Shown: positions 40,537 to 51,490 of the stretch, one piece after another
How positions within the stretch are numbered: the first letter of the stretch is position 1
How the letters are laid out: the number at the start of each line of letters is the position of its first letter
Source: Pseudovirgaria hyperparasitica
Lineage: Eukaryota
Direction: 5' to 3' (one strand)
DNA: 64,000 nt
Assembly: GCA_010093815.1 (NCBI GenBank)
Contig: ML996573.1
The notes under the pieces: model-generated
Told to the model about the DNA's origin: nothing
Database searches by the model: none
The model's input: only the letters and a program-made list of their open reading frames with translations
Made by a program: the position numbers and the translations under genes

Positions 40537-41863
40537 ATGGCTGCTCCTCGCTGTGCTAGCAAAGCTCTCCGCGCCTCAGTGCGCCAGTTGAGCTCACAAG
40601 CTCCAGCTGTGCAAAGACGCACTTTCGTTGCTGCTACCAGTGCTGTCCGTGCTGGTGTCAAGGCTGCTCCCAAGGCTGCTGCAACTCCATTTCAGCAGAC
40701 CAGAGGATTGAAGACTGTCGACTTTGCTGGTACCAAAGAAGATGTTTATGAGCGTGCTGACTGGCCGAGAGAGAAGCTCTTGGTAAGCTACTGGTATCGA
40801 TCAGGGACGACGTCGAAGTCTAATTGGTGACTTAGGAATACTTCAAAAATGATACACTTGCTATGATCGGTTATGGCTCCCAGGGTCATGGCCAGGGTCT
40901 CAACCTCCGCGATAATGGTCTCAACGTCATCGTTGGTGTACGGAAAGACGGTGCCTCGTGGAAGGAGGCCCAGCAAGATGGCTGGGTGCCCGGCAAGAAT
41001 CTCTTCGATGTTGATGAGGCCATCTCAAGAGGTACCATTATTATGAACCTGTTATCCGATGCCGCGCAGAGTGAAACCTGGCCTAAGATTAAGCCCCAAT
41101 TGACCAAGGGCAAGGTACGTGATGAAAAGTTATAGCCAACAGGCCTATTAGCTAATATTGTTGATAGACCCTGTACTTCTCTCACGGTTTCTCGCCCGTG
41201 TTCAAGGACCTCACCAAGGTTGATGTACCCAAGGATATCGACGTCATCCTCGTCGCGCCCAAGGGTTCCGGCCGTACCGTACGTACCCTCTTCCGGGAGG
41301 GCCGTGGTATCAACTCCTCCGTAGCCGTCTACCAAGATATCACCGGTAAGGCTGAGGAGAAGGCCGTCGCTCTTGGTGTTGCTGTCGGCAGTGGATACCT
41401 CTACAAGACGACCTTTGAAAAGGAGGTCTACTCCGACTTGTACGGTGAGCGTGGCTGTCTGATGGGTGGAATCCACGGCATGTTCCTCGCTCAATACGAA
41501 GTCCTCCGTGAACGTGGCCACTCGCCGTCTGAGGCCTTCAACGAGACTGTTGAAGAGGCTACCCAATCCCTCTACCCCTTGATCGGCCAGAATGGTATGG
41601 ACTACATGTACGCAGCCTGCTCGACCACTGCCCGTCGTGGTGCCATCGACTGGAGCAAGCGCTTCAAGGATACTCTCAAGCCCGTTTTCAAGGACCTGTA
41701 CGACAGTGTTGAGAACGGCACTGAAACCAAGAGGTCCCTCGACTACAACAGCCGCCCCGACTACCGCGAGCTGTACCAGAAGGAGATGGACGAGATCGCA
41801 AACCTTGAGATCTGGAGAGCCGGTAAGGCGGTCCGCTCTCTCCGCCCTGAAAATTCCAAGTAG
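40537..41863 (+). CDS. ILV5: Mitochondrial ketol-acid reductoisomerase; exons 40537-40782, 40836-41114, 41168-41863
   Basis: Presequence, IGYGSQGHGQGLNLRDNG, LLSDAAQSETW, YFSHGFS, VAPKGSGRTVR, SDLYGERGCLMGG, ACSTTARRGAIDW. Confidence 0.98.
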
Positions 41864-42109
41864 ATGGGATGGTCTCGGTCTAGGAGGATCAGGATTGGCC
41901 ATAAATTGTTAAATCGTGGCATCAGTTTGCGGTGTCATTGGCATGAAGATTGAAAATATATCTCCTTATGTAGCTGCCTTTCAGTAGGCTTTGAGCTTTT
42001 AGGTCACGGACGGAGGCGTCTCTTGTATGTATGTATGTAGATACCGGCTGCAATTTGAGCAAAAAGTTTCTTAATATTCGTTGCTTGCGCAGGTCGTCGT
42101 AGACACATA

Positions 42110-43477
42110 TCATCGATCATGCTCATCAATCACAACCCTAATCCCATTCGCCGTTATCGCCAAAGTAAAGCCGTCCCTAACCCTGCCCGGCCCAATCATC
42201 TCAACATCAAACATTCCCCTCTCCACCACTTTTGCTCGCAATTCCCGCTCTGCGCGCGCCTGTGCCAGACTCATCGCAACCGCAAACGGTGCCACCGGCC
42301 GCCTGCGTATGGATAGGCGAACAGTAGCATGCGAGATCCAGGACCCGGGCATGACATTTCGCATCGACACACCATCAGCATTCTGACCAGTCACCGGCAC
42401 AGCCCAGGTCGTCGCAATCACCGGACACCCGAACTGCCCACCAACGTCCTTTAGCGTGATGGCCAGCTCCGCGTACGTCGCCCTGTTGTCATTCTCATTC
42501 CGATTCCCGCTCTTCACATCCGGACCTGGCGATTCCCTCGGCATCGCATCGCCAGCCGCTCCGTCGCGAGCTACGTCTCCGCCCATAAGCCGCGCCATGT
42601 CCTCCTCCGCACGCACATTCCAGAGAAACGTGCTCGCACTGTCGAGCACAACGCTGTGCAAGCGGCGCCGCGCGGATTTGTGGCGTTGCAAATCGAGGAG
42701 ATAGGCCGGCAGGGCGCGCAGGGTGGAGATTGTGCTGGCTAGCGACTGTGGGCGGAGGATGTGCACGTGTGGGAGCGAGGTGGCGAGGATGTGGGACACG
42801 GAAGCTGGGGAGAGGGGAGGCAGTGGCTGTGTTGGTGACGGTGGTGGTGGTGTGGTGTGGTGTGAGACGTTCGGGTTGGGGGGAGGGGATGAGCGGATAT
42901 CGGTGGGGGTGGCATTCGCGGCGATGTAGCCACGCATGACCTGCGCGAGTCTGTTCACGTTGAAGCGACCGTCTGTATCGATGATGATGATGGCGCAGCC
43001 CAGACCGTTGAGCGTGTGCGACTGGAAGGATTGCGGGAGAATGGCGAGGGTGGTGATGAGGTAGAGGAGGTGTGTTTTGCCGGAGTGCGAGGACGGCGAT
43101 GAGATGTCTATGAATGGTTGCGGGGATGGCTTGATTGGGCGGCGGATGGGCGAGTGCGGTGGTGAGCTGGAGAGGAGCGCATCGTGAGACTGGATGACTG
43201 GCGGAGGAGGTATTGGACGTGTGGTGTTTACGAGGGCGTCAAGGGGTGGGATGTTGAAAAGTGGCGTTTGGGAGGTATCGGAGACGACTTTGAAGACGCG
43301 GAGGAGCTGGAGGGCGTCAGTATGAGGATATTGAAATGTTTTGACGTAGCTGTCTGGTGATGGAAGGGAAGTGTGCCGTAGATAGATTGAATGGTTGAAG
43401 GCGTAACATACAACTGTGTGCAAGCCTTCGCTCTCAACCTCACCTAACAACCTCCTCCCCAATTCCTCCGCACTCAT
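42110..43477 (-). CDS. XRCC2: RAD51 paralog, XRCC2-like; exons 43477-43412, 43306-42110
   Basis: MSAEELGRRLLGEV start, degenerate Walker A SSHSGKTHLLY, IIIDTDGRFNVNRL, HVHILRPQS, VVLDSASTF. In-frame 105-nt GTATGT..CAG intron. Confidence 0.75.
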   Translation of the reverse strand: MSAEELGRRLLGEVESEGLHTVVCYAFNHSIYLRHTSLPSPDSYVKTFQYPHTDALQLLRVFKVVSDTSQTPLFNIPPLDALVNTTRPIPPPPVIQSHDALLSSSPPHSPIRRPIKPSPQPFIDISSPSSHSGKTHLLYLITTLAILPQSFQSHTLNGLGCAIIIIDTDGRFNVNRLAQVMRGYIAANATPTDIRSSPPPNPNVSHHTTPPPPSPTQPLPPLSPASVSHILATSLPHVHILRPQSLASTISTLRALPAYLLDLQRHKSARRRLHSVVLDSASTFLWNVRAEEDMARLMGGDVARDGAAGDAMPRESPGPDVKSGNRNENDNRATYAELAITLKDVGGQFGCPVIATTWAVPVTGQNADGVSMRNVMPGSWISHATVRLSIRRRPVAPFAVAMSLAQARAERELRAKVVERGMFDVEMIGPGRVRDGFTLAITANGIRVVIDEHDR

Positions 43478-43586
43478 CTCGCCCTCAGACTTGCCTCAAA
43501 CCATAAGCTTACACCTTGAACCAAGCACCAAGCTCTTCCGATTCTCATCCCTAATTCAACATATTTCTCCTGTGCTCAGCGTCACA

Positions 43587-43908
43587 ATGCCACTGGTCGA
43601 ACCCTTCTCCGCACAAATCCTGCCACAGCGCATCAACCAGACATTCGACGGCAAGAGGCGCAAACAGCCACTCGACCTATCACAGTGTCAGTTGATGAAG
43701 ATGATCCAGTACAATTGCGACGTCGAGAACAAGTATACGCCTAAGGCGGCCGTGACATGTCATGAGGTCCTGCGGGTATTTCGAAGGTGAGTCGAGGCTC
43801 GAGGTGTGAGCGTGGTCACGGGATTGAAAAGTAGAAACTAACAAGGGGGACAGATGCGCCAACGGGACCACAGTCGAGACTACGGCTTGGGAAAAGGAGA
43901 TAATCTAG
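43587..43908 (+). CDS. SOM1: Mitochondrial inner membrane peptidase subunit Som1; exons 43587-43786, 43854-43908
   Basis: MPLV..F, DLSQCQLMKMIQYNC, VTCHEVLRVFRR|C..TVETTAWE. Confidence 0.85.
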
Positions 43909-43982
43909 CGATTCACAGACAATGATGAGTGTTTTTAGTGTTTGCTGCTGCTACCTGGATATGGCTCGTTCGTGCACTTGAT

Positions 43983-44033
43983 TATATATATATATATTCA
44001 CACACACACACACACATATACACATATATATAT
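43983..44033. repeat. Compound (TA)n(CA)n microsatellite between the convergent SOM1 and TAF8 genes
   Basis: tatatatatatata..cacacacacacacaca..tatacacatatatatat, read directly. Confidence 0.9.
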
Positions 44034-44182
44034 GTTCCAGCACGAAAGAAATGGTACGAAGCTCACACCGCAGATTTGGTTATGGAGGTCAGGGATATCA
44101 TTGAGTCCCAAGCTGTGATGCTATGGCAAAGTGGGTACTTCTTATGTACTGATTGGTATGCTTGCAGATGCCTGTGTTTACT

Positions 44183-45226
44183 TCATATCAATCGTTGCGC
44201 TGACTTTCTCCAGTATTTTGACTCGTAGTTAACCATGACAGGCCCACTAAGCTTCAACTCATCTGAACTCTCCTTCTGTTTGGGTGGTGCAGGAGGAGGA
44301 GGCTCTGGTTTAGGGTCGGATGCACCGTCGAAGGAGAACTCAAACGAAAAGTTCATCTCCTCTTCTTGCACCTTCGCTTTGTCTCTTTCATTCACCCTGT
44401 TTTCATCTTCTTCCTTCACGGCCGCTAGAGTGTCTTCCCATATCCGTTCCCGTTCCAAAACTCGGATACTCTTCGTTCTTTTTTTCTTTGCTGTTTTCGT
44501 AACAGCCATAAGCTCTCTTAGACCCCTTTCGGCTTGTATTCCTTCTTCATTTGCTTTATCGCGTAGCTTTTGTGGATCCGTTTCACGGAGCACTTTAAGT
44601 TCTGAAGCCTTCCAAGTCGAGGTGTCCGGGAAGCTGGGAAAGTGCTTTGGTATGTAAATTCGCTTCGCCTTTTCAGCAGCGCCAGAGAGTTCGGGGCCTA
44701 GGACAGCTTCAAGATCTGGTGGTGACTCTTCTGCAGGTAAAGGAGGTGGTAACTGTGGTAGTGTGATTGAAGGAGGTATATTATGTCGGAGTTGAGGTAG
44801 GAGGTCGTGAGGTTCGAGGTTCTCGCGACTGAGGGCTGCGACAAAATCGGAGGGAAGCGCTTGTGTGCGCCGCGCTGATAGCATCGATTGCCGTATATGT
44901 CCGCAGAAATGCAGCATGTCTTATCTTAACATCAGTGGATGCCATTCAAACAGTGAGCTCGAATACTAACACTCCTCGGCTTCCGCTCGGAAAGCCTCAA
45001 GAGCAGCTGGTGTAGTGCTATCAAATCCAACTGCCTTCAGTGCGACAGATATTGAGCGTATTAGCTGGGTCCCAAAGAAAGCACTATCTTCCAGAGGTAG
45101 TGGTTCTGGGAGCCCTGGCTGAGTATAATGCAGCGTGTGATGAACAATCTTGCGTCGCTTCTGGTTTCCCTGTGATACTGCCGCCGCCTCCTCCTCCTCT
45201 GGGAACTGCCTCTTCATTCCAGCCAT
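44183..45226 (-). CDS. TAF8: TFIID subunit 8 (bromodomain-associated histone fold); exons 45226-44971, 44919-44183
   Basis: LIRSISVALKAVGFDSTTPAALEAFRAEAEE|YMLHF, SARRTQALPSDF, YIPKHFPSFP, DPQKLRDKANEEGIQAERGLRELM. Confidence 0.88.
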
Positions 45227-45643
45227 GTTGGAAATTCAATTTCGTATATGGTGTCGACAATCTTAATTCAGCGGGAGAATGAAGGTAATGTGACGCTTTT
45301 GTTATGATTGTGGTGTATCACGGCTTGAACATAGTCGGGATTCTGTGGAAGGTTGAGAGCGGTGGAGGTATTAGAGGTGGGAGGAGAAAAGAGAGCCACG
45401 ATGGCTCAGTGGTACGTGACAGAGCAGCAGGTGAATAAAAACCTGTGAACAATAGGAACTCTCCCGGCGCGTTACGCAGTCGCATCAAGTCAAGATTGCG
45501 CACGGGCTTAGTTAATGCTTCATGACTAAGCGCTTGGTCTTTCCAATCTGGTTCTCCCACTACCAGCAAGAAGCCAACATCACTTCGTCACAACCGCTTC
45601 CATTGGGTCTTCGACAGGCCTCAGACGATTCAATACCCTCAAT

Positions 45644-46052
45644 ATGGCGATTAAACCTATCACTGGCGTATGTATTGACCTGCTCAAAGCTTCTATTGAG
45701 CTGACACCCATGCTAATTGTCATCTAGATGCTCCGAAGGGGGCTTGTCCTCGATCTCTCCGTCGCTCTCGGTCAGTAACCTATCTGAAGTTCAAATAGAA
45801 TGTAGAAGTTTCAACAAAGCTTGGGACGATAATATAGTATCCTGGGTTCTAACGAAATAATAGGTCTTGGTACTGCTTCCGGATACTACTGGTGGTACGG
45901 TACGTAGCGGCGCCCCAGCGCACCTCATCGACAACGTCAAAACTCGATTCATGCTCATCATTGATACAGGTTTCCACATCCCAATCGTCCGTAAGCGCGA
46001 CGCCTACTACAACAAGCTTGAGGAGGAACGCAATGCTGGGATTGGACGATGA
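45644..46052 (+). CDS. COX9: Cytochrome c oxidase subunit VIIa; exons 45644-45667, 45728-45770, 45864-45899, 45970-46052
   Basis: Spliced product MAIKPITGMLRRGLVLDLSVALGLGTASGYYWWYGFHIPIVRKRDAYYNKLEEERNAGIGR. Three canonical introns. Confidence 0.93.
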
Positions 46053-46205
46053 GACTGTGGCGCTGGTGTCGATGATTGCGAATATCATAGAAAAGGTCGC
46101 CTTTGTATCATATACTCAATTGGTCGCGCAACCTCCACCGACTGTATAAAAATCTCATGCACACGGTGAATGTTATAAATTATACCGTGAATTCCATTTG
46201 TCTAG

Positions 46206-47946
46206 CTAGCAACGCACTTCGACCCCTCCCCGGCTGACTGTCAAGTATTTAACGCCCTTATATGGCGTGACGCCTGCCCCTAATCCTCGACTTTTCTTGG
46301 TGTCTATACTAAGACCATTTACTCGTATCCCACTTGGAAGCCATCCTTTGACCTGAAAGCTGATTGAAGTTGAAGATGGCATGAGTACCTGGTTCATCTT
46401 CACTTTCGCGAGGTCTCTCTCGTGCATTCTATCTTGTGCTGATTTGGATGCTGATGGCTGGAGCGTCGATGCTTGATATGAACCAGCATCAACCTCTTCG
46501 TTGTATTCCCAGGTGTCATCCCTGATCTCCGCGACTGTATCATCATGATCCTGCTCGCTTTCGCCGACAACTGTGCCAGTCAATGTCGCAGAAGTGAGAC
46601 TCACACCAGTCAACATTGCAGTAACTTCTTTGGTATGCAACATCCAGTGAATAGCATCCGATCCAGGAGAGTATTGCGCCTCTCCTCGCGACGCTTTAAG
46701 TTCTGCAATGTTTCGAACAGCGCTAGGTAACGAGACAAGTACGCTTACCTCCTCGACAGTCGGATGGCTTGACGTTCCACCTGTACTTGATCCGAACGCC
46801 GGAACAGCACGAGGTCCTCTAGTTGGGAACCCAGTTCCCAAAGATGTATTTGCAGTGGTCGATTGTATCATCGACTTGAAGCGCTGCGACACGTTGAGTT
46901 TGATCTCGAAGTCTGAGCCTAATGGACCAAGACCTGTGCGTACATCAACAGTTAAGGGCAGATTGACATTCTGTGGCTGTTTTGCTGTCAGGGATGACAG
47001 TGTTTGGGGATCGTCACCTAGAAGATCGACCTCGTACCCAGCTAGGATGAACCGTCCATCAGGGGGAACGAAACTTAAGGTCCCGGGAGACTCCTTCCAA
47101 TGAGCGAGCCGTACACATGGGTGGAATGCTGGAAGAGCGACGATGTTTTTCACACCTCCAGGTGCGGTTAATGAAAGCAGCATGTCAGGAACGCCAGACA
47201 CTTTAGCCGTGAAAGCGATGGTTCCAGCAGAGATGGCACATAGATACCGGCCCGAGGGAGCGATAGTGACATTGAGCGTTTCTACAATATCAACATATAG
47301 CTCATTGCTCGTGTGGCGGACATTTGCTCGTCGCCACGGTACGGGCGAGACTTGGTTCGTTACTGGGCGATTCAATTGTGGCCTTTGTATGCCAAATGAA
47401 CCCGTGGAAGAGGCCGTTAATGATGGCGAGGCGCTACCATGACCATCAGTCAAATCATCCACATGAAACTCTGACTGCTACATACCTGGGCAATCCAACG
47501 CTACCCAAGAACTTATTCGTCCACGTGGGTAATTCGACGACTTCTCGCAGTGCGTTCGGCTCAGTTGTGGACACAAGTCCCCCATCGCACATCTCCTGTA
47601 CTAGCTGTGCCACTACATCATACGATGCCTCGAGTTTGGATGCCAATAGGGGCGATCCCAGGAAGTCCTCTAAGGCATCAACAACCCGATGGATGAATTC
47701 TAAGACCAGTAGAGGTTCAACGTCCGAAGAACATGCTGCCAAAAACAACAGGCGATCTTGAATCACCGAATACACTAAGGATGATGGGTTGGTATCTGGG
47801 AAAAAAAGAAGAGAAGGACGTGGTGTCGGGTGAGCAAGGTACAGCGGCAGCAGTACTGTTGCGGGCGGCGGTCTTCCCCGATACACTTCTTCCAGGATCA
47901 GGTCGTTGTGCTCATCGAAGATATAAAGGGCCTCGATGGCGCTCAT
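46206..47946 (-). CDS. APM3: AP-3 adaptor complex mu subunit; exons 47946-47486, 47433-46206
   Basis: IEALYIFDE, VLEFIHRVVDALEDFLG, QEMCDGG..TEPNALRE, PWRRANVRHTSNELYVDIVE, FHPCVRL, SFVPPDGRF, PYKGVKY. Confidence 0.93.
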
Positions 47947-48113
47947 GATCACTTCGACGATGCAAATCACCCATCCAGTCGGCCTCCAGGAGAATGTAAT
48001 GGATAGATGCAACTAGGTAGTGGTATGGCGTTCAGCCGATAGGCTAGGATAACTGTGGGGTCTGAGCTTTTCACTTGAGATGAAGGTTTCCAGGTACAAA
48101 ACATGCCCCTCTC

Positions 48114-49831
48114 ATGACCCCACTAACGCTTGGGAGGCAGGTCGTCCTACCAATGCCCCGCTGTCATTCTTCACGCCTCTTCGTGCCGTTCCAGCTACCT
48201 TTAAAACCTTTCTCTTGTTCTACTGCTCTTCGCCAACACTTTCCCTCTAATTCTTACAAGCTCGCGAATCGTCGCCCTATCCACAGTTCGTCGCGATTCC
48301 TCGAAGAAGACACCGTTTGGCCATATATACACAGTCCATACAAAGACATGACACCCCAGCTCGAACCATATTTCAAGCAGGTGGACGGCCTTGCAGACCA
48401 CTTCATTGAGCGCCTCCGTCAAGCTGTGGCTATCCCTTCGGTATCCGCCGAAGACGAGCGAAGACCAGATGTTGTCAAGGTTCGGCTCCAAGCCCCCAAA
48501 GCTGTATCTAGCCGACTAACATGAATCAGATGGGACACTTCCTTCACGAGGAGCTTAAGAAGCTGGGGGTGGAGACGGAATTGCGGCCTCTCGGCAAGCA
48601 GCCACACAAGGAACACCTCGACCTTCCCCCAATCGTGCTTGGTCGGTACGGTAACGATAAGAACAAGCGTACTATCTTGGTATACGGACACTACGATGTA
48701 CAGCCCGCCAACAAGGAAGACGGATGGAACACGGAACCTTTCGAACTGTCAATAGATGACAAGGGTCGTATGTTTGGAAGAGGTAGCACTGACGACAAAG
48801 GCCCTGTTCTCGGCTGGCTGAACGCTATCGAGGCTCACCAGAAGGCTGGGCTTGACTTTCCCGTGAATCTGCTCATGTGCTTTGAAGGAATGGAGGAGCA
48901 TGGGTCCGAGGGTCTGGACGATTTCATTATGGAGGAGGCCCAGAAATACTTCAAGACCGCCGACGCTGTGTGTATTTCAGACAATTACTGGCTCGGAACT
49001 GAAAAGCCATGTCTTACATACGGTCTTCGTGGAGTACAATACTACTCCCTGGAAGTCAGCGGCCCAGGGCAAGATCTTCACAGTGGCGTCTTTGGCGGTA
49101 CTGCACACGAGCCTATGACAGATTTGGCAAAGATAATGTCAAGTTTGGTTGACGTGGATGGAACTATTAAGATCAAGGGCATTGCTGAGCAGGTCGCCCC
49201 AGTCACTGATGAAGAGAAGGGTCTCTACAAAGACATCGCATTCACCATGGACAACCTATACGAGTCTCTTGGAAGTAAGACCGGTATCTTCCCTGATAAG
49301 GAGCGTACGTTGATGGGCCGCTGGCGATATCCGTCGTTGTCGCTACACGGGATCGAGGGCGCATACAGTGCCCCTGGCGCTAAGACAGTGATCCCCGCCA
49401 AAGTCATTGGCAAGTTCAGTATCCGAACGGTTCCTAACCTCGATATCGACGAAGTCAACAAGTGTGTTGAAGAGCACGTAAACGCCGAATTCGCCAAGCT
49501 CAACTCAAAGAACACCTGTAAAGTATTCTGTCAGCACGCTGGAAAGTGGTGGGTGGCCAGTCCGAAACACTGGAACTTCACTGCCGCAGCTAAGGCTGTC
49601 GAGAGCGTGTTCAAGGTCAAGCCAGACTTGACCAGAGAGGGCGGCAGTATCCCTGTCACCTTAACATTTGAGCAAGCTACTGGCAAGAACGTACTTCTTT
49701 TGCCAATGGGTAGTTCTACAGATGCTGCCCATTCGACAAATGAGAAGCTGGACCGATATAACTACATCGAGGGTATTAAGTTGCTAGGCTCATATCTTCA
49801 CTATGTAGCAGAGGAACCCATGAACAATTAG
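48114..49831 (+). CDS. DUG1: Cys-Gly metallodipeptidase (M20, CNDP2-like); conserved start at 48348, upstream in-frame ATGs at 48114 and 48153; intron 48480-48529
   Basis: AVAIPSVSA, YGHYDVQPA, GRGSTDDKGP, FEGMEEHGSEGL, DLHSGVFGG, REGGSIP, AHSTNEK. Confidence 0.96.
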
Positions 49832-50019
49832 GACATACAGAGCATGTGAAGTCGCTACTTCCACCGTACAGAATAAAGCTAAGGCATGTATTAATACAAA
49901 GAATACATGACCGTACAGAGCAGTCAGTGCTTCGCCAGATCTCTATGTAAAGCCACATGCACAAGTCTGCACAGCAATCCGCCCTCTTAAAGTACCATCT
50001 ATTCAGTAGTCTCAATCTC

Positions 50020-50628
50020 TTAAGCATCCCTTCTCGCCAGAACCCTCCTCTTCTCCCTATCCTCCCTCGCCTCCCGTCTCTTCGTTCCCCATTTCTCCGC
50101 ATCTGCCGCCATCCTCGCCTTATCCCTCTTTATTCCCTCGGGGCTATTATGCACCAACGCAACTAGGAACGGGCTACAGTCAAACTTCCTCGCCAGCGCA
50201 TTCCTTGTCCACTTTAGTGGGTCATCCATCCGCAACCTCCTGATCTCTGCAACCTGCTCCGCATTTAAGTGGTATTTCTTCTCATAGGCGTTCCCGGTAA
50301 TCTGAGGCAAAGGGCCCTTGCGCGTTGCTGAAGCGGCCGTGAGTGGGTTTGAAGCGAGCAGTGCACGACGAGGGTCGCTACGCGGTAGGAATTTGAGCGG
50401 CGTGTGGTAGATATTGGGCGTAGAGGATGGCGGATTGAAGACGATATGGTCGTGTGGAATAGAGGTGTTTGAGTGTACGGCGGAGTTTTGGAGTCGCAGG
50501 GCTTTCGTGTGGCGCCGCGTAGTTGCTGCAGTACGTTTGGTGGTTTGTGGGAGAAACGAGGGCCGTAGGAGAGGGCGTAGGGCGAGAGTGGTTGTGGACA
50601 GGCAGGTTGGCACCTTTGTTATTGACAT
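50020..50628 (-). CDS. MRPL20: Mitochondrial large ribosomal subunit protein mL58
   Basis: Presequence, TTRRHTKALR, IVFNPPSSTPNIYHTPLKFLP, KKYHL..EIRRLR..DPLKWT..LARKFDCS. Confidence 0.9.
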   Translation of the reverse strand: MSITKVPTCLSTTTLALRPLLRPSFLPQTTKRTAATTRRHTKALRLQNSAVHSNTSIPHDHIVFNPPSSTPNIYHTPLKFLPRSDPRRALLASNPLTAASATRKGPLPQITGNAYEKKYHLNAEQVAEIRRLRMDDPLKWTRNALARKFDCSPFLVALVHNSPEGIKRDKARMAADAEKWGTKRREAREDREKRRVLARRDA

Positions 50629-50935
50629 GTTGATGAAGATGGAGAGACCTGTGGTGCAGAAGGTTTCGCTATTGCATTATGTCGATCGAGGCTTGGGGAT
50701 ATGCTCGTGATAGTTCGTATAGGAGCTTGAAAGTTTGCGGGAGCGGAAGCCGAAGTCCTCCTTCGGGTGTTCTTCGGTACTTTCGAAGCTCAAACACCCG
50801 ACGTCAAATTATGCTAGCATTTAATTCTTCCCAACAATTATTCTCATACTGATTTATTTGTTTTATGCATCTACTTGAAAGCTACCCGTCGCTGTTCATA
50901 GCTAGCTACTGACGTTACGGTAGAGCTCTCGCAAC

Positions 50936-51484
50936 ATGTCACCCGTACTGAAATGCCACGCAGAAACTCACATCAATGCACCTGCGAGTCTTGTATATTC
51001 CCTCCTCACCGACCTATCCCAATGGCCTGTTTGGAACGAAATGGTTCCTCAAGTAACAATCGCGTACAGTCCATCAGCCGATAGTGCGAACACAGATATG
51101 CGTATGAGACTCGGTCAGCGTCTCCAGTTTCATGTCCGAATGCCCATGTTCGGCGTCAGACGTCATGTTCCTGGAGGATCTGTTGAAGAGATAGTTCGGC
51201 TTGATCCTGCTCCAACTGATAGTCCCAGCCGTGTCGAATGGAATCAACGAGGTATTCCGCAGACCTTACTCCGGACGAATCGCGTCAATATCATCGAACC
51301 ATCTGCCGAAGTCGATGGTACATGTACATATACTTCTTACATGACCTTCGATGGTCCGATGGCGTATTCAGTCAAGCTATTCCAGGGCGGATCATTGCAG
51401 ACTGAAATCGGTCGTTGGGTTCACAATTTGAAGAACGAAGCCGAGAGACGATATCAACAGTCAGAAGAGACAAAAGAACCTTAA
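50936..51484 (+). CDS. SRPBCC/polyketide cyclase-dehydrase (Bet v1-like) family protein
   Basis: INAPASLVYSLLTDLSQWPVWN N-terminal motif; C-terminal helix NLKNEAER. Confidence 0.8.
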   Translation: MSPVLKCHAETHINAPASLVYSLLTDLSQWPVWNEMVPQVTIAYSPSADSANTDMRMRLGQRLQFHVRMPMFGVRRHVPGGSVEEIVRLDPAPTDSPSRVEWNQRGIPQTLLRTNRVNIIEPSAEVDGTCTYTSYMTFDGPMAYSVKLFQGGSLQTEIGRWVHNLKNEAERRYQQSEETKEP

Positions 51485-51490
51485 ATCTCT

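Noticed and set aside
40886..41902. 338-aa antisense ORF over ILV5, and similar shadow ORFs over GH5, GT61, MRM1 and RNase T2
   Set aside because: By-product of codon bias on the coding strand; no motifs of its own.
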